Below are positions 27,401 through 40,733 of a stretch of DNA of 64,000 nucleotides, one piece after another. The stretch's first letter is position 1. Every line of letters begins with the position of its first letter. This DNA is from the human T2T-CHM13v2.0 reference genome, Homo sapiens. The translations under genes were made by a program, and so were the position numbers. The stretch is taken from the NCBI RefSeq assembly GCF_009914755.1, contig NC_060933.1. One strand, given 5' to 3'. The notes under the pieces were generated by a model. That model saw nothing but the letters and a program-made list of their open reading frames with translations. It was not told where the DNA came from and did no database searches.

Positions 27401-30400
27401 ATTCCATTCCATTCGATTCCATTCCATTGCACTCGGGTTGATTCCATTCCATTCCATTCCATTCCATTCGATTCCATTCCATTGCACTCGGGTTGATTCC
27501 ATTCCATTCCATTCCATTCCATTTCATTCCATTCCATTACATTCGGATTGATTCTATTCAATTCCCTTACACTCCATTACATTCCATTCCATTCGGGATG
27601 TTTCCATTCCATTCCATTCCATTCCACTCCATTCCATTGCACTCGGGTTGATTCCATTCCATTCCTTTCCATTCCATTCCATTCCCCTGCACTCGGATTG
27701 ATTACATTCCATTCCCTTCACTTCTATTCCTTTCCATTCCATTCCATTCCATTCCATTCCATTGCAATCGAGTTGATTCCATTCCATTCCATTCCATTCC
27801 GTTCCAGATGATTCCATTCCATTGCATTCCATTCCATTCCATTCCCCTGAACTCGGGTTGATTCCTTTCCATTCCATTCCATTCCATTCCATTCCATTCT
27901 ATTCCATTCCGTTCCATTCCATTCCATTCCATTCTATTCGGGTTAATTCCATTCCATTCCATTGCATTCCATTCCAATCGAGTTGATTCCATTCCATTCC
28001 ATTCCATTCCACTCCATTCCAGTCCTTTCAATTCCATTCCACTCGGGTTGATTCCATTCTATTCCTTTCCATTCCATTCCATTGCAATCGAGTTGATTCC
28101 ATTGCATTGCATTCCATTGCATTCCATTCCATTCCGGATGATTCCATTCCATTGCATTCCATTCCATTCCATTCCCCTGCACTAGGGTTGATTTCATTCC
28201 ATTCCACTCCATTCCGTTCCATTCCATTCCATTCCGTTGTATTCGGGTTAATTCCATTCCATTCCATTCCATTCCATTCCATTAGAATCGAGTTGATTCC
28301 ATTCCATTCAATTCTATTCCAATCCATTCCATTCCATTCCTTTCCATTCCATTCCACTCGGGTTGATTCCATTCTATTAGTTTCCATTCCATTCCATTCC
28401 CTTCCATTCCACTCTGGTTGATTCCACTCCTTTCCATTCCACTCGAATACATTCCCTCCTAATCCACTCGGAACAATTCCATTCCATTCCATTGCATTCC
28501 ATTCCATTTCGTTCCATTCCATTCTATTCTGTACCATTCCATTCCATTCCATTCCATTCCATTCCATTCCATTCCACTCGTGTTGATTCCATTCCTTTCC
28601 ATTCCATTCGGTTTGAAGCCATTCCATTCAATTCCATTCCATTGCATTCCATTCCATTCCATTCAATTCCATTCCGTTCCATTCCATTCCATTCCATTCG
28701 GATTGATTCTATTCAACTCACTTACTTTCAATTACATTCCATTCCATTCGGATTGATTTTATTCAACTCCCTTACTCTCCATTACATTCCATTCCATTCG
28801 GGTTGTTCCATTCCTTTCCATTCCATTCCACTCCATTCCATTGCACTCGGGTTGATTCCATTCCATTCCATTCCATTCCATTCCATTCCATTCCATTCCA
28901 TTCCATTCTGGATGATTCCATTCCATTGCATTCCGTTCTATTACATTTCCCTGCACTCGCGTTGATTCCATTCCATTAAATTCCATTCCATTCGATTCCA
29001 TTCCATTCCAATTCGTTCCATTCCATTCTATTCCGTACCATTCCATTAAATTCCATACCATTCCATTCCATTCCATTCCATTCCATTCCATTCCATTCCG
29101 TTCTATTCCGTTCCATTCCATTCCATTCCATTCTATTAGGGTTAATTCCATTCCATTCCATTCCATTCCATTCTATTCCATTCCATTGCAATCGAGTTGA
29201 ATCCATTGCATTCCATTCCATTCCATTCCATTCCATTCCATTCCATTCCATTCCGGAAGATTCCATTCCATTGCATTCCATTCCATTCCATTCCCCTGCA
29301 CTCTCGTTGATTCCATTCCATTCCATTCCATTCCATTGCATTCCGTTCCGTTCCGTTCCATTCCATTCCATTCCATTCCATTCCGTTCCGTTCCATTCCA
29401 TTCCATTCCATTCTATTCGGATTAATTCCATTCCATTCCATTTGATTGCAATAGAGTTGATTCCATTCCATTCCATTCCATTCCATTCCATTCCATTCCA
29501 TTCCATTCCATTCCTTTCCATTCCATTACTAATGATTCCATTCCATTGCATTCCATTCCATTCCATTCTCCTGTACTCGGGTTGATTCCATTCCATTCCA
29601 TTCCAATCCATGCCATTCCACTCGTGTTGATTCCATTCTTTCCATTCCATTCAGGTTGAATCCATTCCATTGCATTCCATTCCATTCGATTCCATTCGAT
29701 TGCACTCGGGTTGATTCCATTCCATTGCATTCCATTCCATTCCATTCCATTCCATTCCGTTCCATTCCATTCCATTACATTCGGATTGATTCTATTCAAT
29801 TCCCTTACACTTCATTACATACCATTCCATTCGGGTAGTTTCCATTCCATTCCATTCCATTCCTCTCCATTCCATTGCACTCGGGTTGATTCCATTCCAT
29901 TCCATTCCATTCCCTTCCATTCCCTTCCGTTCCGTTCCATTCCATTCCATTCCATTCTATTCGGGTTAATTCCATTCCATTCCCTTCCATTCCCTTCCGT
30001 TCCGTTCCATTCCATTCCATTCCATTCTATTCGGGTTAATTCCATTCCATTCCATTCCATTCCATTCCATTCCATTCCATTCCATTCCATGCCATGCCAT
30101 GCCACTCGTGTTGATTCCATTCTTTCCATTCCATTCAAGTTGAATCCATTCCATTGCATTCCATTCCATTCGATTCCATTCGATTGCACTCGTGTTGATT
30201 CCATTCCATTGCATTCCATTCCATTCCATTCCATTCCATTCCGTTCCGTTCCATTACATTCCATTATATTCGGATTGATTCTATTCAATTCCCTTACACT
30301 CCATTACTTTCCATTCCATTCGGATAGTTTCCATTCCATTCCATTGCGTTCCTCTCCATTCCATTGCACTCGGGTTGATTCCATTCCATTCCATTCCATT

Positions 30401-33400
30401 CCATTCCATTCCGGATGATTCCATTCCATTGAATTCCATTCCATTCCATTCCCGTGCACTTTGGTTGATTCCATTCCATTCCATTCCATTCCTTTCGGTT
30501 CCATTCCATTCCATTCCATTCCATTCCATTCCATTCCATTCTATTCGTATTAATTCCATTCCATTCTATTCCATTCCATTCCATTGAAATCGAGTTGATT
30601 CCATTCCATTCCATTCCATTCCATTCCGGATGATTCCATTCCATTGCATTCCATTCCATTCCATTCCCCTGCACTCGGGTTGAATCCATTCCATTCCATT
30701 CCATTACATTCCGTTCCATTCCATTCCATTCCATTCTATTCGGGTTAATTCCATTCCATTCCATTCCACTGCATTCCAGTCGTTTGCATTCCATTCCACT
30801 CGGGTTGATTCCTTTCTATTCCTTTCCATTCCATTGCATTCCATTGCAATCGAGTTGATTCCATTCGAGTTGAATCCATTCCATTCCATTCCATTCCATT
30901 ACATTGCACACGGGTTCATTCCATTCCATTCCATTCCATTCCATTCCATTCCATTCCATTCCATTCCATTTCATTCCATTCCATTCTATTCCGTAGCATT
31001 CCATTCCATCCCATTCCATTCCATTCCATTCCATTCCATGCCATTACACTCGGGTTGATTCCATTCCTTTCCATTGCATTCTTGTTGAATCCATTCCATT
31101 CCATTCCATTCCATTCGAATCCATTATATTGCACACGGGTTGATTCCATTCCATTCCATTCCATTCCGTTTCATTCCATTCCATTCCATTACATTCGGAT
31201 TGATTCTATTCAATTCCCTTACACTCCATTACATTCCATTCCATTCGGGATGTTTCCATTCCATTCCATTCCATTCCACTCCATTCCATTGCACACGGGT
31301 TGATTGCATTCCATTCCATTCCATTCCATTCCAGATTATTCCATTCCATTGCATTCCATTGCATTCCATTCCCCTGCACTCGGGTTGATTACATTCCATT
31401 TCATTCCCTTCCATTCCCTTCCATTCCATTCCATTCCATTGCAATCGAGTTGATTCCATTCCATTCCATTCCATTCCATTCCATTGCATTCCATTCCATT
31501 CCATTCCATTCCATTCCATTCCATTCCGGATGATTGCATTCCATTGCATTCCATTCCATTCCATTCCCCTGCACTCGGGTTGATTCCATTCCATTTCATT
31601 CCATTACATTCCGTTCCATTCCATTCCATTCCATTCTATTCGGGTTAATTCCATTCCATTCCATTCCATTCCATTCCATTCCATTCCATTCCATTCCATT
31701 GCAATCGAGTTGATTCCATTCCATTCCATTCCATTCCATTCCATTCCATTACAATCGATTTGATTGCATTCCTTTCCATTCCATTCCATTCCATTCCGGA
31801 TGATTCCATTCCATTGCATTCCGTTCCATTACATTCCCCTGCACTCGCGTTGATTCCATTCCATTGCATTCCATTCCATTCAATTTCATTCCATTACAAT
31901 TCGTTCCATTCCATTCTATTCCGTACCATTCCATTCCATTCCATACCATTCCATTCCATTCCATTCCATTCCGTTCCATTCCGTTCCATTCCATTCCATT
32001 CCATTCTATTCGGATTAATTCCATTCCATTCCATTCCATTCCATTCTTTTCCATTCCATTGCAATCGAGTTGAATCCATTGCATTTCATTCCATTCCATT
32101 CCGTTCCATTCCATTCCGGAAGATTCCATTCCATTGCATTCCATTCCATTCCATTCCCCTGCACTCGCGTTGATTCCATTCCATTCCATTCCATTCCATT
32201 CCATTCCGTTCCGTTCCGTTCCATTCCATTCCATTCCATTCCATTCTGTTCCGTTCCATTCCATTCCATTCCATTCTATTCGGGTTAATTCCATTCCATT
32301 CCATTCGATTGCAATCGAGTTGATTCCATTCCATTCCTTTCCACTCCATTCCAGTCCTTTCCATTCCATTCCACTCGGGTTGATTCCATTTTATTCCTTT
32401 CCATTCCAATCCATTCCATTGCAATCGAGATGATTCCATTCGAGTTGAATCCATTCCATTCCATTCCATTAAATTCCATTGCAGACGGGTTCATTCCATT
32501 CCATTCCATTCCATTCCATTCCATTCCATTCCATTCCATTTCATTCCATTCCATTTCATTCCATTCCATTGTATTCCGTACCTTTCCATTCCATCCCATT
32601 CCATTCCATTCCATTCCATGCCATTACACTCGGGTTGATTCCATTCCTTTCCATTCCATTCTTGTTGAATCCATTCCATTCCATTCCATTCGAATCCATT
32701 CCATTGCACTCGGTTTGATTCCATTCCATTCCATTCCATTCCATTTCATTCCACTCCATTCCATTGCATTCGGACTGATTCTATTCAATTCCCTTACACT
32801 CCATTACATTCCATTCCATTCGGGATGTTTCCATTCCGTTCCATTCCATTCCATTCCGGATGATTCCATTCCACTGCATTCAATTCCATTCCATTCCCCT
32901 GCACTCGGGTTGATTACATTCCATGCCATTCCCTTCCATTCCTTTCCATTCCATTCCATTCTATTCTTTTCGGGTTAATTCCATTCCATTCCATTCCATT
33001 CCATTCCTTTCCATTCCATTGCAATCGAGTTGATTCCATTCCATTCCATTCCATTCCGTTCCGGATGATTCCATTCCATTGCATTCCATTCCATTCCATT
33101 CCCGTGCAGTCGGGTTGATTCCATTCCATTCCATTCCATTCCATTCCATTCCATTCCATTCCATTCCATTCCGTTCCATTCCATTCCATTCCATTCTATT
33201 CGGGTTAATTCCATTCCATTCCATTCCATTCCATTGAAATTCCATTCCACTCCATTCCAATCGAGTTGATTCCATTCCATTCCTTTCCATACCTTTCCAT
33301 TCCATTCCATTCCATTCTATTCGGGTTAATTCCATTCCATTCCATTCCATTCCATTTCATTCTATTCCATTCCATTGCAATCAAGTTGAATCCATTGCAT

Positions 33401-35064
33401 TTCATTCCATTCCATTCCATTCCATTCCATTCCCCTGCACTCGCGTTGATTCCATTCCATTACATTCTATTCCATTCCGTTCCGTTCCCTTCCGTTCCAT
33501 TCCATTCCATTACATTCTATTCGGGTTAATTCCCTTCCATTCCATTCGATTGCAATCCAGTTGATTCCATTCCATTGCATTCCATTCCATTCCATTCCAT
33601 TCCTTTCCTTTGCATTTCGGATGATTCCATTCCATTGCATTCCATTCCATTCCTTTCCCCTGTACTCGTGTTGATTCCATTCCATTCCATTCCAATCCAT
33701 GCCATTCCACTCGTGTTGATTCCATTCTTTCCATTCCATTCAAGTTGAATCCATTCCATGGCATTCCATTCCATTCCATTCCCCTGCAGTCGGGTTGATT
33801 CCATTGCATTCCATTCCATTCCATTCCATTCCATTCCATTCCATTCCATTCCATTCTATTCGGGTTAATTCCATTCCATTCCATTCCATTCCATTACATT
33901 CCAATCGAGTTGATTCCATTCCATTCCATTCCATTCCATTCCATTCAACTCCATTCCATTCCATTCCATTACATTACATTCCAATCGAGTTGATTCCATT
34001 CCATTCCATTCCATTCCATTCCACTCCATTCCAGTCCTTTCCATTCCATTCCACTCGGTTTGATTCCATTCTATTCATTTCCATTCCATTCCATTCCATT
34101 GCAATCGAGTTGATTCCATTGCTTTGCATTCCATTCCATTCCATTCCATTCCGGATGATTCCATTCCATTGCATTCCATTCCATTCCATTCCCCTGCACT
34201 CGGGTTGATTCCATTCCATTCCACTTCATTCCGTTCCATTCCATTCCATTCCATTGTGTTCGGGTTAATTCCATTCCATTCCATTCCATTCCATTCCATT
34301 CCATTCCATTCCATTCCATTACAATCGAGTTGATTCCATTCCATTCCATTCCATTCCATTCCATTCCATTCCATTCCGTTCCATTCTATTCCGTTCCTGT
34401 CCTTTCCATTCCATTCCACTCGGGTTGATTCTATTCTATTAGTTTCCATACCATTCCATTCCCTTCCATTCCACTCTGGTTGATTCCATTCCTTTCCATT
34501 CCACTCGAATACATTCCCTCCTATTCCACTAGGAACGATTCCATTCCATTCCATTCCATTCCATTCCATTCCATTCCATTCCATTTCTTTCCATTCCATT
34601 CTATTCTGTACCATTCCATTCCATTCCATTTCTTTCCATTCCATTCCATTCCACTCATGTTGATTCCGTTCCTTTCCATTCCATTTGGTTTGAAAGCATT
34701 CCATTCCATTCAATTCCATTCCATTCCATTCCATTCCATTCCATTCCATTCCATTCCATTCCATTGTACTCGGGTTGATTCCATTCCATTGCATTCCATT
34801 CCATTCCATTCCATTCCATTCCTTTCCATTCCTTTACATTCCATTCCGTTGCATTCCATTCCATTACATTCGGATTGATTCTATTCAACACCCTTACTCT
34901 CCATTCCATTCCATTCCTTTCTGGTTGTTCCATTCCATTGCATTCCATTCCATTACATTCCCCTGCACTCGCGTTGATTCCATTCCATTCCATTCCATTC
35001 CATTCCATTCAATTCCATTCCATTACAATTCGTTCCATTCCATTCTATTCCGTACCATTCCATT
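21473..35064 (+). repeat. ~13.6-kb higher-order block, copy B (direct tandem duplicate of A)
   Basis: The junction reads ...CGTACCATTCCATT|CAATCGAGTTAATTCC at 21472/21473. The end of B (CGTACCATTCCATT, 35051-35064) matches the end of A (21459-21472). Confidence 0.92.
23913..30345 (+). repeat. Tandem pair of ~3.1-3.3-kb subunits inside block B
   Basis: CAATCGATTTG at 23913 and 27055. ORF pairs 24036/27178 and 26225/29422. Confidence 0.88.
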
Positions 35065-35255
35065 CCATTCCATACCATTCCATTCCATTCCATTCCATTC
35101 CATTCCATTCCGTTCCGTTCCATTCCGTTCCATTGCATTCCATTCCATTCTATTCGGGTTAATTCCATTCCATTCCATTCCATTCCATTCTATCCATTCC
35201 ATTGCAATCGAGTTGAATCCATTGCATTTCATTCCATTCCATTCCATTCCATTCC

Positions 35256-36888
35256 ATTCCGGAAGATTCCATTGCATTGCATTCCATTCCATTCCATTCC
35301 CCTGCACTCGCGCTGATTCCATTCCATTCCATTCCATTCCGTTCCGTTCCATTCCATTGCATTCCATTCCATTCCGTTCCGTTCCATTCCATTCCATTCC
35401 ATTCTATTCGGGTTAATTCCATTCCATTCCATTCGATTGCAATAGAGTTGATTCCATTCCATTCCATTCCATTCCATTCCATTCCATTCCATTCCTTTCT
35501 ATTCCATTACGGATGATTCCATTCCATTTCATTCCATTCCATTCCATTCCCCTGTACTCGGGTTGATTCCATTCCATTCCATTCCAATCCATGCCATTCC
35601 ACTCGTGTTTATTCCATTCTTTCCATTCAATTCAAGTTGAATCCATTCCATTGCATTCCATTCCATTCGATTCCATTCGATTGCACTCGGGTTGATTCCA
35701 TTCCATTGCATTCCATTCCATTCCATTCCATTCCATTCCATTCCGTTCCATTCCATTCCATTACATTCGGATTGATTCTATTCAATTCCCTTACACTCCA
35801 TTACATTCCATTCCATTCGGGTAGTTTCCATTCCATTCCATTCCATTCCTCTCCATTCCATTGCACTGGGGTTGATTCCATTCCATTGCATTCCATTCCA
35901 TTCCATTCCATTCCATTCCGTTCCATTCCATTCCATTACATTCGGATTGATTCTATTCAACTCCCTTACTCTCCATTACATTCAATTCCATTCGGGTTGT
36001 TCCATTCCATACCATTCCATTCCACTCCATTCCATTGCACTCGGGTTGATTCCATTCCATTCCACTCCATTCCATTCCGGAAGATTCCATTCCATTGCAT
36101 TCCATTCCATTCCATTCCCCTGCACTCGCGTTGATTCCATTCCATTCCATTCCATTCCATTCCATTCCATTCCATCCCTTTCCGTTCCATTCCATTCCAT
36201 TCCATTCCATTCCATTCCGTTCCGTTCCGTTCCATTCCGTTCCATTCCATTCCATTCGATTCCATTCCATTCCAATTCTTTCCATTCCATTCTATTCCGT
36301 ACCATTCCATTCCATTCCGTACAATTCCATTCCATTCCATTCCATTCCATTACGTTCCGTTCCGTTCCGTTCCGTTCCATTCCATTCCATTCCAATCTAT
36401 TCGGGTTAATTCCATTCCATTCCATTCCATTCCATTCTATTCCATTCTATTGCAATCGAGTTGAATCCATTGTATTCCATTCCATTCCATTCCATTCCAG
36501 AAGATTCCATTGCATTGCATTCCATTCCATTCCATTCCCCTGCACTCGCGTTGATTCCATTCCATTCCATTCCATTCTATTCCATTCCATTCCCTTCCGT
36601 TCCATTCCATTCCATTCCATTCCATTCCATTCCATTCCGTTCCGTTCCGTTCTATTCCATTCCATTCTATACGGGTTAATTCCATTCCATTCCATTCGAT
36701 TGCAATCGAGTTGATTCCATTCCATTCCATTCCATTCCATTCCATTCCATTCATTTCCTTTCCATTACGGATGATTCCATTCCATTGCATTACATTCCAT
36801 TCCAATCCCCTGTACTCGGGTTTATTCCATTCCATTCCATTCCATTCCATTCTATTCCATTCCATTCCATTCCATTCCGGAATATTCC
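35256..36888. promoter_or_regulatory. Cluster of four HSE-consensus sites
   Basis: ATTCCGGAAGATTCC at 35256 and 36074, ATTCCAGAAGATTCC at 36494, and ATTCCGGAATATTCC at 36874. Confidence 0.45.
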
Positions 36889-38460
36889 ATTCCATTGCAT
36901 TCCATTCCTTTCCATTCCCCTACACTCGCGTTGATTCCATTCCATTCCATTCCATTCCATTCCATTCCATTCCATTCCATTCCGATCCGTTCCATTCCAT
37001 TCCATTCCATTCCATTCCATTCCATTACGTTCCGTTCCATTCCATTCCATTCCATTCGATTGCAATCGAGTTGATTCCATTCCATTCCATTCCATTCCAT
37101 TCCATTCCATTCCATTCCATTCCTTTCTATTACATTTCGGATGATTCCATTCCATTTCATTCCATTCCATTCCATTCCCCTGTACTCGGGTTGATTCCAT
37201 ACCATTCCACTCCAATCCATGCCATTGCACTCGTGTTGATTCCACTCTTTCCATTGCATTCAAGTTGAATCCATTCCATTGCATTCCATTCCATTCGATT
37301 CCATTCGATTGCACTCGGGTTGATTCCATGGCATTGCATTCCATTCCATTCCATTCCATTCCATTCGATTCCATTCCATTCGGATTCATTCTATTCAATT
37401 CCCTTACACTCCATTACATTCCATTCCATTCGGGTAGTTTCCATTCCATTCCATTCCATTCCTCTCCAATCCATTGCACTCGGGTTGATTCCATTGCATT
37501 CCATTCCATTCCATTCCATTCCATTCCGGATGATTCCATTCCATAGAATTCCATTCCATTCCATTCCCCTGCACTTGGGTTGATTCCATTCCATTCCATT
37601 CCATTCCTTTCTGTTCCATTCTATTCCTTTCCATTCCATTCTATTCTTGTTAATTCCATTCCATTCTATTCCATTCCATTCCATTTCATTACATTCCATT
37701 CTATTCCGTACCATTCCATTCCATCCCATTCCATTCCGTTCCATTCCATGCCATTACACTCGGGTTGATTCCATTCCTTTCCATTCCATTCTTCTTGAAT
37801 CCATTCCATTCCATTCCATTCCATTCGAATCCATTCCATTGCACTCAGGTTGATTCCATTCCATTCCATTCCATTCCATTCCATTCCATTTCATTCCATT
37901 CCATTCCATTACATTCGGATTGATTCTATTCAATTCCCTTACACTCCATTCCATTCCATTCCATTCGGGATGTTTCCATTCCATTCCATTCCATTCCACT
38001 CCATTCCATTGCATCAGGTTGATTGCATTCCATTCCATTCCATTCCATTCCGGATGATTCCATTCCATTGCATTCCATTCCATTCCATTCCCCTGCACTC
38101 GGGTTGATTCCATTCCATTCCATTCCATTCCATTCCATTCCATTCCGTTCCGTTCCATTCCATTCCATTGCATTCTATTCCCGTTAATTCCATTCCATTC
38201 CATTCGATTCCATTCCATTCCATTCCATTCCATTGCAATCGAGTTGATTCCATTCCATTCCATTCCATTCCGTTCTGGATGATTCCATTCCATTCCATTC
38301 CATTCCATTCCGTTCCCCTACAGTCGGGTTGATTCCATTCCATTCCATTCCATTCCATTCCATTCCATTCCATTCCATTCCGTTCCATTCCATTCCATTC
38401 CATTCTATTCGGGTTAATTCCATTCCATTCCATTCCATTCCTTTTATTCCATTGCATTCC

Positions 38461-39470
38461 AATCGAGTTGATTCCATTCCATTCCATTCCATTCCATTCC
38501 ATTCCACTCCATTCCAGTCCTTTCCATTCCATTCCACTCTGGTTGATTCCATTCTATTCCTTTCCATTCCATTCCATTCCATTGCAATCGAGTTGATTCC
38601 ATTGCTTTGCATTCCATTCCATTCCATTCCATTCTGGATGATTCCATTCCATTGCATTCCATTCCATTCCATTCCCCTGCACTCGAGTTGATTCCATTCC
38701 ATTCCACTCCATTCCGTTCCATTCCATTCCATTCCATTCCATTATATTCGGGTTAATTCCATTCCATTCCATTCCATTCCATTCCATTCCATTACAATCG
38801 AGTTGATTCCATTCCATTCGTTTCCATTCCATTCCATTCCAGTCCTTTCCATTCCATTCCACTCGGGTTGATTCCATTCTATTAGTTTCCATTCCATTCC
38901 ATTCCATTCCATTCCATTCCATTCCGTTCCGTTCCGTTCCATTCCATTCCATTCTATTCGGGTTAATTCCATTCCATTCCATTCCATTCCATTCCATTCC
39001 ATTCCATTCTAATCGAGTTGATTCCATTCCATTCCATTCCATTCCATTCCATTCCACTCCATTCCAGTCCTTTCCATTCCATTCCACTCGGGTTGATTCA
39101 ATTCTATTCCTTTCTATTGCATTCCATTCCATTGCAATCGAGTTGATTCCATTGCTTTGCATTCCATTCCCTTCCATTCCATTCCGGATGATTCCATTCC
39201 ATTGCATTCCATTCCATTCCATTCCATTCCATTCCATTCCCCTGCACTCGGGTTGATTCCATTCCATTCCACTCCATTCCGTTCCATTCCATTGCATTCC
39301 ATTGTATTCGGGTTAATTCCATTCCATTCCATTCCATTCCATTCCATTCCATTCCATTCCATTCCATTCCATTACAATTGAGTTGATTCCATTCCATTCC
39401 ATTCCATTCCATTCCATTGCAGTCCTTTCCATTCCATTCCACTCGGGTTGATTCCATTCTATTAGTTTCC
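38461..39470 (+). repeat. Diverged local tandem pair, ~550-580 bp
   Basis: ATTGCTTTGC at 38601 and 39151, and ATTAGTTTCC at 38881 and 39461, with the same module order. Confidence 0.7.
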
Positions 39471-40733
39471 AATCCGTTCCATTCCCTTCCATTCCACTCT
39501 GGTTGATTCCATTCCTTTACATTCCACTCGAATACATTCCCTCCTATTTCACTCGGAACGATTCCATTCCATTCCATTCCATTCCATTCCATTCCATTCC
39601 ATTCCATTTCGTTCCATTCCATTCTATTCCGTACCATTCCATTCCATTCCATTCCACTCGTGTTGATTCCATTGCTTTCAATTCCATTCGGTTTGAAGGC
39701 ATTCCATTCCATTCAATTCCATTCCATTCCATTCCATTCCATTCCATTCCATTCCATTCCATTCCATTCCCTTGTACTCGGGTTGATTCCATTCCATTGC
39801 ATTCCATTCCATTCCATTCCATTCCATTCCATTCCATTCCATTCCTTTGCATTCCATTCCATTACATTCGGATTGATTCTATTCAACTCCCTTACTCTCC
39901 ATTACATTCCATTCCATTCGGGTTGTTCCATTCCATTCCATTCCATTCCATTCCATTCCATTCCATTCCATTCCATTGCACTCGGGTTGATTCCATTCCA
40001 TTCCATTCCATTCCATTGCATTCCATTCCATTCCATTCCATTCCATTCCATTCCATTCCATTCCATTCCATTCCATTCCATTTCGTTCCATTCCATTCTA
40101 TTCCGTATCATTCCATTCCATTCCATTCCATTCCATTCCATTCCATTCCATTCCATTCTACTCGGGTTGATTCCATTCCTTTCCATTCCATTCGGTTTGC
40201 AGGCATTCCCATCCATTCAATTCCACTCCATTCCATTCCATTCCATTCCATTCCATTCCATTCCATTCCATTCCTTTCCATTCCATTGTACTCGGGTTGA
40301 TTCCATGCCATTCCATTCCATTCCATTCCATTCCATTCCATTCCATTCAGTTGCATTCCATTCCATTACATTCGGATTGATTCTATTCAACTCCCTTACT
40401 CTCCATTCCATTCGGGTTGTTCCATTCCATTCCATTCCACTCCACTCCATTCCATTGCACTAGGGTTGATTCCATTCCATTCCATTCCATTCCATTCCGG
40501 ATGATTCCATTCCATTGCATTCCGTTCCATTACATTCCCCTGCACTCGCGTTGATTCCATTCCATTCCATTCCATTCCATTCAATTCCATTCCATTACAA
40601 TTCGTTCCATTCCATTCTATTCCGTATCATTCCATTCCATTCCATACCATTCCATTCCATTCCATTCCATTCCATTGTATTTGGGTTAATTCCATTCCAT
40701 TCCATTCCATTCCATTCCATTCCATTCCATTAC

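Noticed and set aside
8050-35064. Large duplications as pure assembly artefacts
   Set aside because: The copies carry consistent distinguishing substitutions and module-sized indels, some shared with a third copy, which a false duplication would not be expected to produce. Read-level confirmation is still needed.
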